Source: Candidatus Sericytochromatia bacterium (GTDB lineage: Bacteria > Cyanobacteriota > Sericytochromatia > S15B-MN24 > JAQBPE01). From it: a stretch of 64,000 bases of DNA. Below, one piece after another: positions 58,788 to 64,000 of this stretch. The translations under genes and the position numbers were made by a program. How positions within the stretch are numbered: the first letter of the stretch is position 1; each line of letters begins with the position of its first letter. The notes below the pieces were generated by a model. That model saw only the letters and a program-made list of their open reading frames with translations. It was not told where the DNA came from and made no database searches. The stretch lies in assembly GCA_040400605.1 (NCBI GenBank), contig JBBAPZ010000002.1, forward strand, positions 33,476 to 97,475. Direction: 5' to 3'.

Positions 58788-59061
58788 TGTGGGTGTTGTG
58801 CGCGTGGGGCGTCGCATGACGGGAGACGGAGACGCATTGGTGGTTGGTCAGGTTTCTGTTACGGCCAAACGTGTTGTTCTGAAGTTGAATCGATGGGAAC
58901 GCGTCATTTTTTTCGGCGGGTCCTACGGATCTTGCACGGCATTGGGTATTGCACGCGAATGGTCGGGTTGGCACACTTCGTGTGGCGGCCGAGCGGGGTT
59001 ACTACACTGGAAGCGACGTCGTGTGTGAACGGTGCTGCCGTGCGCGTGCCGGGAGGCTCAC

Positions 59062-59556
59062 GTGTTGAATATCGTTTTGGTTGAGCCCGAGATTCCGCCA
59101 AACACCGGCAACGTTTCGCGCTTGTGTGCGGGGTTGGGTGCGATTTTGCATTTGGTAGGTCCTTTGGGCTTTTCGCTGGATGATCGTTATTTGCGGCGGG
59201 CTGGATTGGATTACTGGGAGCATGTCAGGTTGGAGCGGCATGACAGCTTAGAAGCGATGCTTGCTCGACACGGGGATGCGCGGCTGGTGCTGACGAGTTC
59301 TACGGCATCGGTTCTGCATACGGAGTGGGCGTATCAGCCCGGGGACTTTTTGGTTTTTGGTAAAGAAAGTGCGGGTTTGCCGCGTGAGTGGTTGAGCCGG
59401 TACGCCGGTCAATGCGTGCGGATTCCGCATTGGGGGCCTGTGCGCAGCCTCAATTTGTCCAATGCGGTGGCGGTGGTGGCTTATGAAGCGGCCAGGCAAC
59501 TGCTCGAGCGTGGGCAGTGTTCACCGCCGATTCCGCGTGCGGCGGATAAGGTCTGA
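59062..59556 (+). CDS. trmL: tRNA (cytidine/uridine-34 2'-O)-methyltransferase
   Basis: PEIPPNTGN, RRAGLDYW, FGKESAGL, RSLNLSNA. Confidence 0.94.
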   Translation: MLNIVLVEPEIPPNTGNVSRLCAGLGAILHLVGPLGFSLDDRYLRRAGLDYWEHVRLERHDSLEAMLARHGDARLVLTSSTASVLHTEWAYQPGDFLVFGKESAGLPREWLSRYAGQCVRIPHWGPVRSLNLSNAVAVVAYEAARQLLERGQCSPPIPRAADKV

Positions 59557-60219
59557 GTGATGAAGCGTGATGACGTGCCGTGGGATTTGGTGAAAGGCAG
59601 AGCGCGGAACTTGAGTAGGTTGCAGCGCGCCTTGCTGTCGGCCGGGGTTGTCGTGATGTTGGTGTCACCGCCGGCTTGGGCTTGCCAATATTGTGATCAG
59701 GCCCAGGCACCGCATCTTGCGCCGCGTCATTTGTTGGAGCGGGGTGAGGTTGTCGTGAATTTGATCAACCGGCACCCGGTGTACCATGTCGATGTCTACG
59801 GTCTCATCGACGGGTCGGTTGACGATGTTTGGGTTGCGATTACCACGTATGATCGCTATGAAGATTTTTTACCGTTGGTCACCGAAAGCAGCCTGAGGCA
59901 GCGTGTGGGCAATTTGGTGCATCAGTATGTCAAGATCCGCCCACCTTGGCCCTTGCAGGAGCATTGGATGCTCAATGCGAACCTTGAAAAGCGCAAAGAG
60001 GGTTTGCTGCGTTTTAACATGACCGATGGCAATCTGCGCTCCGAGCACGGTTTTTGGCATTTGACACCGTGGTCGGAACATCAGACGCGTTTGCACTATC
60101 ACGTGAGTCTGGATCCTTGGCTTGATTTCGTGCCCGGTTGGGTCATCGAATTTGGCACCAAGGTGGTGATGCCAGATATCGTCAAAGGCGTGCGGCGTCG
60201 GGTGAAGAACCGCCAGTGA
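59557..60219 (+). CDS. SRPBCC/START-fold (cyclase/dehydrase-like) exported protein
   Basis: VWVAITTYDRYEDFLP, GFWHL, VPGW; signal-like N-terminus with CxxC. Confidence 0.7.
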   Translation: MMKRDDVPWDLVKGRARNLSRLQRALLSAGVVVMLVSPPAWACQYCDQAQAPHLAPRHLLERGEVVVNLINRHPVYHVDVYGLIDGSVDDVWVAITTYDRYEDFLPLVTESSLRQRVGNLVHQYVKIRPPWPLQEHWMLNANLEKRKEGLLRFNMTDGNLRSEHGFWHLTPWSEHQTRLHYHVSLDPWLDFVPGWVIEFGTKVVMPDIVKGVRRRVKNRQ

Positions 60220-60844
60220 CAGGTGTCTGAGGGGGGGGCGCCGGTCGAGGGAGGTCGAAGCGATCGCTCACGCGTGCATACGTCGCCCCTGCAAGACGCC
60301 CCAAGGGTTGCCACCGTTCCGTCACAATGCGCCTTTCCGCGAGCAGATCATCGCGAATGTGCATTCTCACGACCCGCCCCAAAACCAACGTTCCGCCGCC
60401 AGGTTGATCCGACACCTCCACCAGTTGATGCACCCGACACTCCATATTAATGGGTGATTCCAACACCCGAGGTGGCGCCACCACCGTACTGGCAATCGGT
60501 GTCAAACCAGTCTGCTCAAACTCACTCACCCCATGTTCGAAATCAGCCGAGGCCGCATTCATCTGCTGCACAAACGCCTCATCCACCACATTCACAACAA
60601 ACTCACCATTGGTTTCGATGTTTAGCAACGTATCCTTTTTGCTACCAGCCTGACCGCGACGCATCGCCGAAAAACAAATCGTCAAGGGCGACGCACAAAC
60701 CACCGTGAAAAAACTGTAGGGCGCCAGATTGGCGACGCCCGTCGGCCCCAACGTCGAAACGAATGCGATGGGGCGCGGAAGAACCGCACCCACAATCAGC
60801 CGATACGCATCCTCATGGGCCATGGTTTCGGTATCAAAAATCAT
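60182..60844 (-). CDS. Flavin reductase-like (DIM6/NTAB) protein
   Basis: PRPIAFVST, NLAPYSFF, KDTLLNI, LGRLAG; ATG 60844. Confidence 0.88.
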   Translation of the reverse strand: MIFDTETMAHEDAYRLIVGAVLPRPIAFVSTLGPTGVANLAPYSFFTVVCASPLTICFSAMRRGQAGSKKDTLLNIETNGEFVVNVVDEAFVQQMNAASADFEHGVSEFEQTGLTPIASTVVAPPRVLESPINMECRVHQLVEVSDQPGGGTLVLGRVVRMHIRDDLLAERRIVTERWQPLGRLAGATYARVSDRFDLPRPAPPPQTPVTGGSSPDAARL

Positions 60845-61983
60845 GGCTGAACCTGCGGGTTGGTGCCGTGGCTTGCTGCCCCCCAACTGGCCCAATAAGC
60901 CTGCCATTCCACCGTCGCCGCTTCAGGCGTCAAGAGCAGTGGGTAACGGGTATCGACCATTACGGCATACTCTTGGGTCTCAATCTTGCTTGTGCTCGAC
61001 TGAAACGCTTTCGGGTGCGGGCCATGGTGAATGCCTTGCGGATGGAAGGTCACCATCCCGGGGCCGATGCCATCACGACTGAAAAAATCACCTTCGTGGT
61101 AAAACAGCACTTCGTCAAAATCGATGTTTCGATGATAAAACGGAACGCGCAGCGCTTCGGGATCCGTTTCCAATGGACGCGGCGCGAAGGTACAAATGAC
61201 GAAATTGCGCCCGAGCATGGTCGTATGAACACTCGGCGGCATGTGATAGCGATGGCTCATCACCGGCCTGAAATCACGGACATTCAACTTCCAAGGCGTC
61301 AAATCCCCCTTCCAGCCCACGACATCAATTGGATCGAATGGGTAAAACACGGAGGTATATTCACCCAACCGCTTGATGCGAAGCTCCCACTCGCCCCCTT
61401 GAGCCAAGGAAGGTGCAGGCGTGGGCGTGACGATGACGCCAGGATCAAACAACGCATTGCGCCCCAACATCCCCTTGTCGGGCAAACGCAGTTCACTGGC
61501 TGACTCGATCAACAAATAGAACTGTGCCCCACTCACAGGCCGCACACGGTAGGTCGTGCCCCGCGGAATGACCACATAATCACCCCGCTCAAAGTCCAGC
61601 GGGCCATAATCCGTTTCGATGCGCCCTGCCCCTTCATGGATGAAATACACTTCATCCGCATCCGCATTCCGGTACGAAAAAGGCATGGCACCCTGCGGCC
61701 GACAAATGCGTAACTGCACATCCTGGTTATACAGAAAGGTGATGGGCTCAGGCCAAGGCGTTGCCCCATTCGCTGCATCAAGATCCGTCAGGCGAAGCGC
61801 GCGTGGCTTGAGTGGGCCCTCAATGCGCGTCCAGTTGGTCGGTGGATGCGTATGGTACAAGTGCGACACACGCCCGAAAAATCCGTCTCGGCCATGCTCT
61901 TCCTCGTAAGTGCCCTCCGGAATCCCGACATGCGCCTGAGGCGCGAAACGGCCTTTTTCTAGCATGAACAGATTTTCCATCAC
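60841..61983 (-). CDS. hmgA: Homogentisate 1,2-dioxygenase
   Basis: RNADADE, IPRG, PPSVH, PFYHRNIDFDE, HGPHP, AVMVDT. Confidence 0.92.
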   Translation of the reverse strand: MMENLFMLEKGRFAPQAHVGIPEGTYEEEHGRDGFFGRVSHLYHTHPPTNWTRIEGPLKPRALRLTDLDAANGATPWPEPITFLYNQDVQLRICRPQGAMPFSYRNADADEVYFIHEGAGRIETDYGPLDFERGDYVVIPRGTTYRVRPVSGAQFYLLIESASELRLPDKGMLGRNALFDPGVIVTPTPAPSLAQGGEWELRIKRLGEYTSVFYPFDPIDVVGWKGDLTPWKLNVRDFRPVMSHRYHMPPSVHTTMLGRNFVICTFAPRPLETDPEALRVPFYHRNIDFDEVLFYHEGDFFSRDGIGPGMVTFHPQGIHHGPHPKAFQSSTSKIETQEYAVMVDTRYPLLLTPEAATVEWQAYWASWGAASHGTNPQVQP

Positions 61984-62014
61984 CGCTCCTTTGCTTGTAT
62001 TTATCTGCTTGGGT

Positions 62015-63055
62015 TCAACCGCGCGATCCGTGCTTCAGCGTTGCAGCATCGCCAAGTATCGGCATCGACCCGGCAACAGGCATTCCCACGCGATTGCTTA
62101 AAACACCCAGACCGTCTACCTCCAATGTCACCCAGTCCCCGGGCTGAATCCAGCGATCGAGTTCCAGACCGCAACCGCGCCCCACCGTACCAGACCCGAA
62201 GACATCACCGGGATACAATGTCTCATCCATCGACACATGCGCGATCATCTGCGCAAAACTCCAGTAAGCAGCCCCTGCAACCCCTGAGGACCACTCCTCC
62301 CCATTGACACGCACCCGCATCCCCAAGCGCGCCACATCCCCCACCTCATCAGGGGTCACCAGACACGGCCCCAGTATCGTCGCAAAATCCTTTCCTTTGG
62401 CAGGCCCTAACCGAACTGACATCTCTTTGCGCTGGACGTCGCGCGCCGACACATCATTCATAATCGTATAACCCGCAATGTAATGCTGCGCTTCCGCAAG
62501 CGGAATGTTACGTCCCTGTTTGCCGATCACACAAGCCAATTCGAGCTCGAAATCAAGCTGTTGCGTGTAACGCGGCCAGAGGATTTCATCCGACGGACCA
62601 TAAATGCTGCGGTGATTGCCCTTGTAATAAACCGGCAACTCATACCACGCAGCCGGAATGGTCTCGTTGCGCTTGGCAAAGCCGGTTTTGACGTGCTCCT
62701 CGAAGGCATAAAAATCACGCAGACTTTGCGGCTCCGGTACAGGCGCCAGCAAGCGCAATTCCGCCAAATCATGCCCCAGTTGCGCGCCAGCGAGGCCCTC
62801 GGGCCAGACCACCTCACCGGTGAAGCGTCCCAGCAGGGCACGTGCAAGTGCCATGGCTGCGTCACCCGCTTCAAGGAACCCGCGCATGGTCGCTGGCATG
62901 GCAAAGTCAGCATGCACCTGAGGCCGTGGATCACCTTGCTTGGCAAACCACCAGGCAGCCGCCAGATTGAGATCCAACACGCGTTCGCCTACCAAACCAC
63001 CAAGGCGCTGAACCCGACCCAACGGTGTGGGCAATTCAAAACTCAAAAGCCGCAT
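62015..63055 (-). CDS. Fumarylacetoacetate hydrolase family protein
   Basis: RDFYAFEEH, LDFELE, NDVSARD, KGKDF, GSGT; upstream of hmgA. Confidence 0.9.
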   Translation of the reverse strand: MRLLSFELPTPLGRVQRLGGLVGERVLDLNLAAAWWFAKQGDPRPQVHADFAMPATMRGFLEAGDAAMALARALLGRFTGEVVWPEGLAGAQLGHDLAELRLLAPVPEPQSLRDFYAFEEHVKTGFAKRNETIPAAWYELPVYYKGNHRSIYGPSDEILWPRYTQQLDFELELACVIGKQGRNIPLAEAQHYIAGYTIMNDVSARDVQRKEMSVRLGPAKGKDFATILGPCLVTPDEVGDVARLGMRVRVNGEEWSSGVAGAAYWSFAQMIAHVSMDETLYPGDVFGSGTVGRGCGLELDRWIQPGDWVTLEVDGLGVLSNRVGMPVAGSMPILGDAATLKHGSRG

Positions 63056-63193
63056 CGTAATCCCCCTGACCCACTCTGGCCGGTTGCGTGCTGTCACAGC
63101 AACGTGTCAGCACACTCTTTATCATACCGCACCCGCACGATTGCGGCATTGTGAACGGCGCGCCAGGATCGCGCAGTTGGCACGGTCGTGAGT

Positions 63194-63217
63194 GTTAAAG
63201 GGAGGCAGACAGGGTAC
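63194..63217 (+). promoter_or_regulatory. Candidate SigB/SigF-type promoter (GTTAAA-N12-GGGTAC)
   Basis: About 90 nt upstream of ORF 63306. Confidence 0.5.
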
Positions 63218-63305
63218 AAAAAAGATGACCTGCCAGTCACGGAGTCCACCTCAATGACGCTTGTGTCAGTCGGCACGCCTGATGGCTCGATGAGGGCTGA
63301 TTGAA

Positions 63306-64000
63306 ATGAGTAACACGGTCAACAGCGTCACGCCTGCTTCACCGCCTCCCAAACCGAGGCCGAAGCGATTGCCTGCTCCCGGCGCACCTGCTCAGAAGCA
63401 GACGGAACCTCTGATTCACAAAGACGAGACACGTCTGAAGCAGGGCAGGGGACGACGGTCGAGCGGCAGTCTCTTGGCAGACTATCCGGTGGCGTCCGAA
63501 TTGACAACTGGTCGGCCTGCCGGCGCGCTCGGCAAAGAAGTCGATCAGCTCAGGGCGAAACAGGCAGCCTTGAACGTCGCCGAAGGCAAGGCGAAAGATG
63601 GCAATGCCGTGGCGCGGGGATTTAACCAACTTTTAGGGGCTTTGGGTGATCACGACGAAAAGTTGGGTGTGGCACGGGCAGCGGCTCAGACGGCGATGAC
63701 CAAAGAGCTCAACACGGCCCTTGAAACCTACCACAGACAGGTGAAGGCAAACGACCCCGGTGCGGAAGCACGGTTGCAAACGGCGCTCGACAAGGCAGGC
63801 CAGCGGGTGAGGGCGTATGATCGGGCCTTGGCGACTTACAAGGAACACAACAAGTTTTGGTCTGGCATTGCGGCCGACGTGACGGCGGGGGCCGTGGTGG
63901 TGGGGGGCGTGGCGTTGACGGCGACTGGGTTGGGCGCATCCATTGGGGTGCCCTTGCTCGCTGGCGGGGCATTTGTTGGTGGTGGCGCGACTGCGGTGGT
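63306..64000 (+). CDS. Partial hypothetical protein: disordered N-terminus, coiled coil and Gly-rich hydrophobic hairpin (translocator/pore-former-like)
   Basis: Not in the ORF track (no stop in the window). Open from MSNTVNSVTPASPPPKP to FWSGIAADVTAGAVVVGGVALTATGLGASIGVPLLAGGAFVGGGATAV. Confidence 0.7.
   Translation, partial: MSNTVNSVTPASPPPKPRPKRLPAPGAPAQKQTEPLIHKDETRLKQGRGRRSSGSLLADYPVASELTTGRPAGALGKEVDQLRAKQAALNVAEGKAKDGNAVARGFNQLLGALGDHDEKLGVARAAAQTAMTKELNTALETYHRQVKANDPGAEARLQTALDKAGQRVRAYDRALATYKEHNKFWSGIAADVTAGAVVVGGVALTATGLGASIGVPLLAGGAFVGGGATAV

Noticed and set aside
60182..60219. 38-nt convergent overlap of the SRPBCC and flavin reductase genes
   Set aside because: Short tail-to-tail overlaps are common, with no further signal
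1..64000. CRISPR arrays, tRNA/rRNA genes, IS elements, integrases or prophage genes
   Set aside because: No regularly spaced repeats, cloverleaf or rRNA signatures, or transposase/integrase motifs recognised by eye

Overview
A 64-kb chromosomal window of a GC-rich diderm bacterium. UvrB carries a cyanobacterial-type signature while L/P-ring flagellar genes are present, so I infer a non-photosynthetic relative of Cyanobacteria (e.g. Sericytochromatia-like). Contents in order: (1) a lean minus-strand flagellar basal-body/export cluster (fliK-like, degenerate FlhB-C, flgF-G-A-H-I-J, an atypical FliA-family sigma, flgB-C, fliE, a FliF with a FliG middle domain fused on, start of flhA); (2) a beta-propeller lipoprotein and lexA with a GAAC-N4-GTTC operator; (3) a Tad/Flp pilus locus with three Flp pilins (two absent from the ORF track) and a CpaE-CpaF fusion; (4) a DUF342 gene, argS, rlmH and rsmD; (5) a divergent Pel-like exopolysaccharide locus (pelD-E-F-G-A(deacetylase)-B opposite CotH kinase, DUF4956, HlyD adaptor, GH114-type hydrolase and epimerase; no pelC seen); (6) tatA-uvrB and a NERD/pseudokinase/kinase membrane protein; (7) PilZ, trmL, homogentisate catabolism and a partial translocator-like ORF. 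The most interesting hypotheses are a flagellum-derived, possibly motor-less type III secretion system with a SigB/SigF-like promoter motif (GTTWAH-N12-14-GGGWAH) shared with Tad and candidate substrate genes, and a Pel system coupled to a secreted CotH kinase. No rRNA, tRNA, CRISPR array or mobile element was recognised. All family calls come from motif recognition by eye, not database searches.
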